Assembly: GCF_006345805.1 (NCBI RefSeq)
Contig: NW_021832646.1
Span: forward strand, 1 to 30,470
Origin: Octopus sinensis
Lineage: Eukaryota
DNA length: 30,470 nt
Direction of reading: 5' to 3'
A program made the position numbers and the translations under genes. Positions 11,208 to 20,286 of the stretch are shown one piece after another (position 1 is the first letter of the stretch; each line of letters starts with the position of its first letter). The notes below the pieces were generated by a model. That model saw only the letters and a program-made list of their open reading frames with translations, was not told where the DNA came from and made no database searches.

Positions 11208-11303
11208 TGGCTACCGAATAATTGTCAGATATTATGTTTACAGATATATATGAATGATATGCTAATTTCTGCTTCTATGTACCACATAAATTTACAGCGT
11301 CTT

Positions 11304-11386
11304 CACCAACCTGGGGCTATAGAAGCAGACAGTTGGCTAAGTTATCCTGTTGAGTTACTGAACCTGAAACCACTTGGTTGTGGGTG
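11304..11386 (-). mobile_element. SINE family A head, degenerate
   Basis: GGGGCTATAGAAGCAGACA...CTGAACCTGAAACCACTTGGTTG aligns to the reverse complement of the family-A head. Confidence 0.4.
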
Positions 11387-11604
11387 TTAGCTCTCTTGTT
11401 TGAACAACAGGAAAACTCATCATTGAAATCAATAGAAGATTCATATTTTTGCCTTTAGAGTATATACATGATGTGATCATAAACATATGTGACGTACAGT
11501 ACATATGTATAGATTTACGTTCACTGAGGTTCATATTGGACATATGATAGGCCAAGAATTATGGTATATTCATAAGCGTGCATATATATTTCTGAGAGTG
11601 TGGC

Positions 11605-11723
11605 ACTTATGTGTGTGTGTATATATATATGTACATATATCTCACAGGAAATATATGTAAACAAATGTATGTGTAGCTGTGTGTGGATATATGTGTGCTT
11701 AGGAGTATGTGCATGTGTATGTC

Positions 11724-11767
<44 letters not shown>

Positions 11768-12373
11768 TATGCAAGTTTATATACACATATATATATGCAC
11801 ACACAGGCACTCACACATGTGCATGCATGCATGTATTTATATGTATATAAGTATGTATATGCACATATATATATATATGTATGCATGCGTACATGCATAT
11901 ATATATATTTAGAGAGGGAGAGATGTATGTATGTATGTATGTATGTTTCTATGTATGTATGTATGTATGTATGTATAAGTATACATACTTATATACACAC
12001 ATGTATATATACACACAACACATACATTATATACATAAGTAAGTTCTGTTGTGATCCTGTGTAGAGTCAATGAGATATCAGCCATATGAAGTCTGATGTT
12101 AAAACAGGATGTAACTAGATTCAATAGCAAAGTAATGAAGGCACCAGAAGATACCAAAATACTGACCATCTTACCAGTTCACTCATGTGTAACATATTTA
12201 GTCTTTTAGTTTGTGAATTCTTGAGAATTTTTTGCAGTATTTAGTGTCTTCTTGTGATGTTTACTTGTTTTTGTTTTGTTGTTTCTGTTTTTGTTGCTGC
12301 TGTTGTTGTTGTTGTTCTTTAGTTTGACATCAATTAGGCTTATTCAGATAGTGGATCATTTGGTTTTCTTATA

Positions 12374-12466
<93 letters not shown>

Positions 12467-12569
12467 TTTATATGTGTGTGTACATACATATATGCATGCA
12501 TATATATTATGTATATATATATGTATATATTGAGAGATAGATAGATAGATATAATATATCTGCCTTTGT

Positions 12570-12619
<50 letters not shown>

Positions 12620-12630
12620 ATGTATATATA
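11605..12630. repeat. Compound (TG)n/(TA)n/(TATG)n microsatellites
   Basis: Tracts at ~11605-12035 and ~12370-12630. Confidence 0.9.
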
Positions 12631-12645
12631 ATCATTCTAAGTGAT

Positions 12646-12850
12646 GGAACATGGTTTAGTGGTTAGAGCTTGCAGTTCACAATCATAAGGTCTTGAGTTC
12701 AATTCTCGATGGTATGCTGTGTCCCCAAGCAAGATACTTTATTTTATGGGCCAAAAAGATTTAGTTGTACCTGTATTTGAAGGATTCACAGGGCCAGCCT
12801 TGTCGCATTCTTTGCCATGCTGAATCTCCCTGAGAACTACATTGAGTGTA
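12646..12850 (+). mobile_element. SINE family D, 3'-truncated where the family-B element begins
   Basis: TGGTTTAGTGGTTAG..GAGTTCAATTC head, CORE-like GTGTCCCCAAGCAAGATACTT, then GGGCCAGCCTTGTC.CATTCT..TGAATCTCCCTGAGAACTACATTGAG shared with 30190-30270. Confidence 0.65.
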
Positions 12851-13171
12851 GGCATTTTGACCTCGGCAGAATTTGAACTCAGAACGTAGCGGCTGACAAA
12901 ATACAGCTACGCATTTCGCACAGTGTGCTAATGATTCTTATTTCTTTATTGCCCACAAAGGGCTAAACATAGAGGGGACAAACAAAGACAGACAAAGGGA
13001 TTAAGTCGATTACATTGACCCCAGTGCATAACTGGTACTTATTTAATCGACCCCAAAAAGATTAAAGGCTAAGTTGACCTCGGTGGAATTTGAACTCAGA
13101 ACGTAGCAGCAGATGAAATACCGCTAAGCATTTCGCCCAGCATGCTAACGTTTCTGCCCGCTCGCTGCCTT
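12850..13171 (-). mobile_element. SINE family B: full monomer (12939-13171) fused head-to-tail to a headless partial monomer (12850-12938)
   Basis: Head AAGGCAGCGAGCGGGCAGAAACGTTAGC with B box GAGTTCAAATTCC. Tail AAAGAAATA runs directly into AGAATCATTAGCAC... and a second GAGTTCAAATTC. Confidence 0.85.
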
Positions 13172-13288
13172 TAATCCACAGTATAATGGAACCAGTAGTA
13201 GTAGGTGGGAAGAAGATAAAGATGGGAATGACAGGGTGCTTGATCAAACTCTCAATGTATAATATTTATATGTTTTATATGTATATAT

Positions 13289-13600
13289 GGAGGCACAATA
13301 GCCCAGTGGTTAGGGCAGCAGACTTGCGTTCAGAGGATTGCGGTTTGAATTCCCAGACCGAGCGTTGTGTGTGTTTATTGAGCAAAAACACCTAAAGCTC
13401 CACGAGGCTCTGGCAGGGGGTGGTGACGACCCCTGTTGTACTCTTTCGCCTCAACTTTCTCTCACTCTCTCTTCCTGTTTCTTGAGTAACGCTGCGATCG
13501 ACTGCCGTCCTGTCCAGCTGGGGGCAATACATATGCCACAGAAACCAGGAAACTGGGCCCATGATCCTGGCCAGGCTTGAAAAGGGCGCATAAATAAAAA
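13289..13600 (+). mobile_element. SINE family C variant (same 3' half, different middle)
   Basis: TAGCCCAGTGGTTAGG..GGTTTGAATTCCC head. GTAACGCTGCGAT..ATATGCCACAGAAACCAGGAAAC..CCCATGA.CCTGGCCAGGCTT.AAAAGGG matches 7858-7960. Confidence 0.8.
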
Positions 13601-14158
13601 AAAAGATATGTATATATAATTTATATGTACATGTATAGTATGTATAATATGTATAATATAATACATAGACACGTGTTTGAGTACATATGTATATATGTAT
13701 ATATAACATTTTAGGCATGTGTTTGAGTACATATGTGCATGTATCAATATGTATGCATGTGAGTGTGTGTGCATATGAGTCTATGTGTACTTAATTGAAA
13801 TAAACATTTTTGAAATAAACAGGAAAAATGTTCATTCATCTATCTTCCTGTTTATTTTAATTATCTCTTCATAAATCTGACATGAAATATGTGAACATAC
13901 TAAAGGCATATGTACATATGCAACATAACTGTCTTCATTCACTCTTTGTTTACTATGGAAATAGCTTGATATCAGCAGGAGGGCCTTATGAAGTTTCTTC
14001 CTTGCAAAGATATTGCCTGGAAAGCCGGCTATATATTCTTGTAAATAGCGATTCGTTATAAGCTTGATATGATAGACTAACAACTGTGTTAAAAGTAGTG
14101 GTTGTTCTTGATCTTTTAGCTGCTGTTGGTTGGTGTCTGGTAATATTAGTCAAGAAGT

Positions 14159-14391
14159 AAAGCATTGAGCTGGCAGAGATGTTAGCATGCCAGGTAAAAT
14201 GCTTAGCAGTATTTCGTCTGCCGTTACGTTCTGAGTTCAAATTCTGCCGCGGTCGACTTTGCCTTTTATCCTTTCAGGGTTGATTAAATAAGTACTAGTT
14301 ATGCACTGGGGTCGATGTAATCGACTTAATCCCTTTCTCTGTCCTTGTTTGTCCCCTCTATGTTTAGCCCCTTGTGGCCAATAAAGAAATA
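14159..14391 (+). mobile_element. SINE family B full monomer
   Basis: About 85% identical by eye to the reverse complement of 12939-13171. Confidence 0.85.
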
Positions 14392-14563
14392 AGAATCGTT
14401 AACATTTTGTACATCTTTATGTTCTGAGTTCAAATTCCACCTAGGTCAACTTTTCCATTCAACCTTTCAGGGTTGATAAAAAAAAAGTACCAGTTGATCA
14501 TTTGGGTCAATGTAATTGACCCCTATAATTGCTACCCTTGGGCAAAAATTTGAAATCATTATT
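14392..14563 (+). mobile_element. Headless SINE family B monomer with alternative tail (CAAAAATTTGAAATCATTATT)
   Basis: Starts AGAATCGTTAAC immediately after the preceding tail. Contains TTCTGAGTTCAAATTCC and AAGTACCAGTTG..GGGTCAATGTAATTGAC. Confidence 0.75.
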
Positions 14564-14569
14564 CTCATT

Positions 14570-14763
14570 AAGGTGGTGAACTCACAGACTCATTAGCACA
14601 CTAGGCAAAATGCTTGGCGGTATTTCATTTGTCTTTACATTCTGAGTTCAAATTCTGCTGAAGTCGACTTTGCTTTTCATCCTTTCAGGGTCGATAAAAT
14701 AAGTACGAGTTACACACTGAGGTCGAAATTTCAGGCCTTGTGCCTATAGTAGAGAGGATTATC
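14570..14763 (+). mobile_element. SINE family B-related monomer ending in (ATT)n
   Basis: AAGGTGGTGAACTCACAGACTCATTAGCAC..AAAATGCTT..TCTGAGTTCAAATTCTGC..GTCGACTTTGC. Confidence 0.8.
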
Positions 14764-14772
14764 ATTATTATA

Positions 14773-14818
<46 letters not shown>

Positions 14819-14835
14819 ATTATTATTATTATTAA

Positions 14836-14890
<55 letters not shown>
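14760..14890. repeat. (ATT)n microsatellite (SINE tail expansion)
   Basis: Directly follows the SINE at 14570-14763. Confidence 0.9.
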
Positions 14891-14892
<2 letters not shown>

Positions 14893-15080
14893 GGCAGTGA
14901 GCTGACAGACTCATTAGCATGCTGGGCAAAATGCTTAGTGACATCTTGTCTGTCTTTAGGTTCTAAGTTCAAATGCCACTGGGGTCAACTTTGCTTTGCA
15001 TCCTTTTGGGGTCAATGAAATAAAGACCACTTAACTCCTGCCCCATAACTGCTGGCCCTGTGCCAAAATTTGAAATCATT
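14891..15080 (+). mobile_element. SINE family B-related monomer
   Basis: AAGGCAGTGAGCTGACAGACTCATTAGCATGCTGGGCAAAATGCTTAG...TGTGCCAAAATTTGAAATCATT. Begins right after an (ATT)n tract. Confidence 0.8.
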
Positions 15081-15089
15081 ACAAAGTTT

Positions 15090-15360
15090 CACAACACATA
15101 TACATATATGTGTGTATGTGTTTGTGTGTGTGTGTGTGTTTGTGTGTGTATGTGTGTGTGTGTTTCTGTATATGTGTTTGTGATGGTGGTTGTGGTTGTG
15201 GTTGTTCAGAGATTGAAGAGATGGTAGTGATAGCAGTCATGACAGTGGTGATAATAATAGTGGTGGTGATGTTGGTGGTGGTGCTAATAGTAGCAGTGTT
15301 AGTAGTAGTAGATGTCATAGTGGTGGTAGCAACAGCAGCAGCAACAGCAACAGAAATAGG
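15090..15360. repeat. (TG)n and (GGT/AGT/GCA)n low-complexity tract
   Basis: Visible di- and trinucleotide tracts. Confidence 0.85.
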
Positions 15361-15410
15361 AAGTGGAAGATGAAGGGGAAGATGAACGTGATCAAGCAAG
15401 TATAGTGGAC

Positions 15411-15734
15411 CCCATGTTCTCAAGCAGGGTCTATATGGCACCTAAGGGTCCATATAAGATTTGATGGGGTCCACGCAGCAAATTAGTAAATTGTCTACAA
15501 TAGAACTGTAAGGGCCCCTGAAAAATATTGTGCTTTGTATTGGTATGTATTGCAAAAACAGCCAGGTTTCTTTCTTTAATGTTTGACATAGTTCAATCCA
15601 CACAAGTGAATGTGTGAAAAACAAAGTAAGAAGTTTGAAAGACGTTTCTATAAAACTAGTCTTTAAACGTCAAATGGCTAAGAGGGTCCACCTGAATAAA
15701 ATAGTAATCAAAAAAAAATCGTTGAGAACCCCTG
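15411..15734 (+). mobile_element. Probable hAT-type MITE
   Basis: Right end TTGAGAACCCCTG (reverse complement CAGGGGTTCTCAA). Left end decayed CCCATGTTCTCAA. GGGTCCA subterminal motifs at both ends. No TSD recognisable. Confidence 0.55.
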
Positions 15735-15758
15735 GTTTAAATACAATTCTATACTTAT

Positions 15759-15996
15759 CTCTTTACTCGTTTACTTGTTTCAGCCATGTTACTGTTGCTG
15801 TGCTTGAGCACTGCCTTTAGTTGAGCAAATCGACCCCAGGACTTATTCTTTGTAAGCCTAGTACTTATTCTATCGGTCTCTTTTGCTGAACCACTAAGTT
15901 AAGGGGATGTAAACACACCAGCATCGGTTGTCAAGCGATGTTGGGGAGGACAAACACAGACACACAAACATATATATACACACACACACACACACG

Positions 15997-16028
<32 letters not shown>

Positions 16029-16196
16029 CGACGGGCTTCTGGGGCTTCTTTCAGTTTCCATCTACCAAATCCACTCACAAGGCTCTGGTCGGCCCAAGGC
16101 TAAAGTAGAAAACACTTGCCCAAGGTGCCATGCAGTGGAACTGAACCTGGAACCATGTAGTTGGTAAGCAAGCTACTTACCACACAGCCACTCCTG
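15759..16196 (-). mobile_element. SINE family A, full length
   Basis: Reverse complement is colinear with 7030-7448 from head to tail, including the internal (CA)n tract. Confidence 0.85.
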
Positions 16197-16849
16197 TGTA
16201 TTATCATTATTGTTCTGTTAAGATTGACAAAATAATGTACGAATCATCTTCTGATGAAGGTGGCCAATATACTCAACATTTAATCTCTCTCTCTTCCCTA
16301 AATTGTTGATCACTGGCCAATTTTAGATATAAATATATCTTCTTTATCATCATCACCTTTGTTGCTTTAGACATTGTCATCATCACTGTTATTGATGTTG
16401 CTGTTGTTATTTGGCCCCGGGTTAGACCTGACTGAGAAAACCTATGATCAAAGGCACTCCCACTATGACCCTGCTGTTTTTATTTAGACATTCTGCACCA
16501 GTATGCTTACACTATGTTATGGAGTATATCTTTGGTAGGGGTATGGGGGGTAGTTGAGGGGGGTGTAGCAGGTGGAGGGGAGCTGGAGCTGGGGTGCAGA
16601 ATCTGTTACAATCACAGGATGTGATTCAAGGTAGATTTGGCTAATATTTCTTGGAGGTGAATGTTGTTGCTTCTTCTGTTCTCGTTCTATAGTCATCACA
16701 TCTACGAAACATCAATGCCAAGACTAACAGCGGAGCATCAAGTTCAATAATATATACAGTCTTGCATTTATTGCCATTTCTTCCTCCTCTTTCCACCCTA
16801 TCCCACCTCCACCTCCATCGCCCACCCCCTTCCTCCACTCTTATCTATC

Positions 16850-17209
16850 AACATCATCATCAACATCATCATCATTATCACAATCTACAGCAGCGGCAGC
16901 AGCATCATCTTTGCCATTATCATCGTCATCATCATCATCATCACCATCACAATCGTTTGACATTAATCTTTCTTTATTTCCCCACCACCATCACCACCAC
17001 ATACACACACACACACACACACATTTTTTTAATGCTAACTCTTTAAAATATTCTTTAATGTCGTTATTATCATTATCGTTATTATAATCATCATTGTTAT
17101 CATCAATATCAATCATTGTTATTATCATTATAATTATAGGAAATTATTTATTGATCAAATGTTTGATTATTATTATTATTATTATTATTGTTCTTGTTGC
17201 TGTTGTTCC

Positions 17210-17243
<34 letters not shown>

Positions 17244-17300
17244 GTCATTAATTTTATTATTAGTATTAGTATTAGTGTTATTCATGTTGTTATTATTATT
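16850..17300. repeat. (CAT/CAC)n and (ATT)n low-complexity tracts
   Basis: Visible trinucleotide tracts. Confidence 0.85.
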
Positions 17301-17304
17301 AGTA

Positions 17305-17690
17305 GTATTTGGTCGGTGAATTGGCAGAACCATTTACATTGTCAGACAAAAATATCTTACATTATTTGTTCTGGCTTTTTATGTCCTGGCTTTTTATGTT
17401 CAAACACTGCCAAGGTTTTTTTGTGTACTCCATCCCTCCAGGGTTGTTGGAATAAGGAACCAGTCACACATTAGGTTCAATAGTATCAATAAATTATTTC
17501 TTCTAAAAGGTGCTGGCCCTGAACCAAAATCAGAACCAACATGGGTGGTGGGTTGGCAGATTCATTACAGTATCAGAAAAAAATATCTTGTGATATTCGT
17601 GCCAGTGGTTTACATATATTCTTGGTTCAATTTCAGTCAGTGTCAACTTTGCATTTTATTCTTTTAGGGTCAATAAAAGGAAGGAATTTC
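17305..17690 (+). mobile_element. Two decayed tandem family B-related SINEs
   Basis: Heads TTGGCAGAACCATT (~17320) and TTGGCAGATTCATT (~17553). Downstream GTTCAA boxes and GTCAACTTTGCATTTTATTCTTTTAGGGTCAATAAAA. Confidence 0.45.
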
Positions 17691-18219
17691 AACCGTGTTT
17701 CATGGTCTGCTACCACAACAGCTCCTTTATAGGATCCAGTTAGCTCAAGACATCATCAGGAGGAACCACATCCGGTTTCGGCCCCTCTACCATTTTGACG
17801 TGGTGGGGCCCCACTTTTGGAGATGTCTTCAGCTCTGGTGTTGGGTGCATACCTTCTTTCTTCTGTTCTCTGGCTTCTTCGATGTAGCGTCAATGAGTGT
17901 CAGCAGGCGACTGACTATCTTTTCAAATTTTTTCCCTTTAAATACCTGCTGCTAGGCTCCAGCAGGAAGCTCCAGCAAGTTGTCACGTTACACTGTCTAA
18001 ACTTTAACTGACCAATGAAGGCGCGTAGTCTTAGTCCATGCATTCTCTAAATGAGACCGTCACCCGTCGATCAGCGAAGCAAATTCAGTGTCAGCTTGTC
18101 TCACCTAGTGATGTTATTTTCCTGCCAGCATGTTATGACTTTCAAGCCATTTTTGGTCAAGTAATGGGGTTGACGGGATTGACTAACCCTTTTCCTATCA
18201 AAATTTCTGTCCTTGTGCC

Positions 18220-18655
18220 GTACAGTGTCATTAGCACATTAGATAAAATGCTTAGCAAGTTCTCATTTGGCTGGAATTGAGTTCATCTTTCAGCTCTTTG
18301 GCAGAGTTCAATAAAATAAGCATCAGTTGAGCTCTGGGGTTGTAATCAATTAACTCCTTTCTCTAAAATCGTTGGCCTTGTACTAAAATTAGAAGCCATT
18401 TAAAGGTGACAAGGTGACAAGGTGACAGAAATGTTACTGTAACAGACAAGATACTTAGCAACATTTCTTCACGCTCCAAATTCTGCACAGTTCAAATTTA
18501 CCTTCAAAAGATTTATTATTTCTGAGTTCAAATTCTGCCAAAGTTGACTTTGCCTTTCATTATAAACTAAATACCAGTTGAGCAGTGGGGTCAATGTAAT
18601 CAATTTGATTTCTCCTTTGAAATTACTAGCTTTCTGCAAAAATTTCAAATCAATA

Positions 18656-18693
<38 letters not shown>

Positions 18694-18780
18694 ATTATTA
18701 TCATTATAATTATTATTATTATTATTATTAGCCAAGGTCAACTTTGCCTTTCATCCTTTCGGGATTGATAAATAATTTAG
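18220..18780 (+). mobile_element. Cluster of 3-4 decayed or partial family B-related SINEs
   Basis: CATTAGCAC..AAAATGCTTAGC (18229), second head with (AAGGTGAC)x3 (18403-18426), TCTGAGTTCAAATTCTGCCAAAGTTGACTTTGCCTTTCAT (18521-18560), and GCCAAGGTCAACTTTGCCTTTCATCCTTTCGGG after an (ATT)n tract. Confidence 0.6.
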
Positions 18781-18904
18781 ACACTAATATGATAAGCAGG
18801 TTCTTCATTTGATGAAATAACTGACCACTTAACACCAAAACCAATAGAGATACATTTTCATCTAACCTTTTCTCGGATTACCCTTTTCCTTCTCTCCGGA
18901 CTTG

Positions 18905-18931
18905 CTGACAAAGAGCCATGCTCAAAATGTC
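18905..18931 (+). ncRNA. Decayed PLE-type minimal hammerhead motif
   Basis: CTGACAA-A-GAGC-CAT-GCTC-AAAA-TGTC becomes CTGACGA-A-GAGC/GCTC-GAAA-CGTC if three CpG-type transitions are reversed. Stem I is not recoverable. Confidence 0.35.
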
Positions 18932-19550
18932 ACACCCCATCTTTTTTCCATCATAAACTTCCTCTGAGCATCACTCTAATACATTCACTATGTATGTCTT
19001 TTTGATCTTTTTGTTTTTATTTTTGATTTGCCAATATACATATTTATATCGACAAATTATATATATACTAGTTTGCCCCATGCCATCAAAAATGACAGCT
19101 AATTGTAGTATTTTATATGTAAATAAGGTACAAAATCAAGGTTTTAGTTTAATAATTGTTTTATTACCAAATTTCGGTGAAAAATCTCTCCACAACGAAC
19201 GTCCCTTGACTGCTTGTTTCCTTCAAAAGAGTATTTAAGTTTTCCTTCCTTCTTGTACAACTTAAGGCCACATAAAGCTGGCTGTGATTAAATATGGGAT
19301 AGAATATGGATGGTGAATCAAATTAATACAATCGTCAATGTTACCTAGTTGTCTTTTGAGATGTGACATCAATCATCGTTTGTTGCAGAAAGAACTCTGA
19401 TTCACGTATACAAACATTTATATACTTCCCTTGTACCTGCACACACATACACACAAATACTCACACAGATTTGAAACGCTATTTGACTTTTCTTTTTTCA
19501 CCGTAGAATTTCCATCATTTCCATTTCCATAATCTATATATATATATTGA

Positions 19551-19728
19551 TCATCATTTAACGTCCATTTCATGCTGGCATGGGTTACATGGTTTGACTG
19601 GAGCTGGTAAGCGAGAGAGCTACACCAGGCTCCAGTTGCCTGCTTTGGTTTGGTTTCTGCAGCTGGATGCCCTTCCTAACACCAACCACTTTACTGTGTA
19701 CTGGATGGCTTTTACATGTCACTAGTAC
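19551..19728 (-). mobile_element. Repeat family E copy
   Basis: TCATCATTTAACGTCC..CATGCTGGCATGGGTT..CAGCTGGATGCCCTTCCTAACACCAACCACT is the reverse complement of family E. Confidence 0.75.
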
Positions 19729-19792
19729 CTGCCACAGTCACAACTTCACTTACCTTGCTATGTCATATAAGTATATCTATATCTACATATAT

Positions 19793-19835
<43 letters not shown>

Positions 19836-19839
<4 letters not shown>

Positions 19840-20036
19840 TGTCTGCAGAGGGGACAAACAAGGACAGACAAAGCGATTAAGTCGATTACATCGTCTCCAG
19901 TGCATAACTGGTACTTATTTAATCAACTCTGAAAAGATGAAAGGCAAAGTCAACCTCAGCGGAATCTGAACTCAGAACATAGCGGCAGACTAAATACCAT
20001 TAAGCATTTCACTCAGTGTGCTAACGATTCTGCCAG
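19836..20036 (-). mobile_element. SINE family B monomer
   Basis: GGGGACAAACAAGGACAGACAAAGCGATTAAGTCGATTACA...GAACTCAGAAC..AAGCATTTC..GCTAACGATTCTGCCAG is colinear with 12939-13171. Confidence 0.85.
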
Positions 20037-20043
20037 TGTGTGA

Positions 20044-20096
<53 letters not shown>

Positions 20097-20146
20097 GGTG
20101 CATCACAGATTTTTCCAATACCATTGGTTCCAAAACCCTAACAAGT

Positions 20147-20286
20147 TTCTTTCAATTTCTACCTACAAAATCTACTTACAAAACTTTGGTCAGTGTGGGG
20201 CTATGGTAAAGCACTTGGTCAAAGTACCACACAATGGGCAATGGAACTGAACCCAAAACCATGTACTTGAGAAGCAAACATGCCTG
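20147..20286 (-). mobile_element. SINE family A head, degenerate
   Basis: TTCTTTCAATTTCTACC..CTTACAAAACTTTGGTC..GGAACTGAACCCAAAACCATGT..GAAGCAAAC aligns to the reverse complement of the family-A head. Confidence 0.6.

Larger units (their letters stand above)
11019..11245. mobile_element. Palindromic (foldback) element with ~100-bp inverted arms; probable non-autonomous Penelope-like (PLE) derivative
   Basis: Left arm 11019-11117 and right arm 11144-11245 are reverse complements (ATCTGTAAA..GACAATTATTCGGTAGCCA(T/C)GATAAAACTC(C/T)GAGTTT(C/T)GGATGT...TCTCTTCAGTTAT(T/C)GG), roughly 80-85% identical by eye, with a ~26-nt A-rich spacer. The inverted repeat is seen directly; the PLE assignment is inferred from the hammerhead-like motifs. 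Confidence 0.75.

Noticed and set aside
15403-15742. 8-bp hAT target-site duplication
   Set aside because: Flanks TAGTGGAC and GTTTAAAT do not match, so the hAT call rests on termini only.
16251-16285. Further hammerhead cores at CTGATGA (also ~6409 and ~28645)
   Set aside because: No stem II followed by GAAA and no stem I/III pairing could be built.
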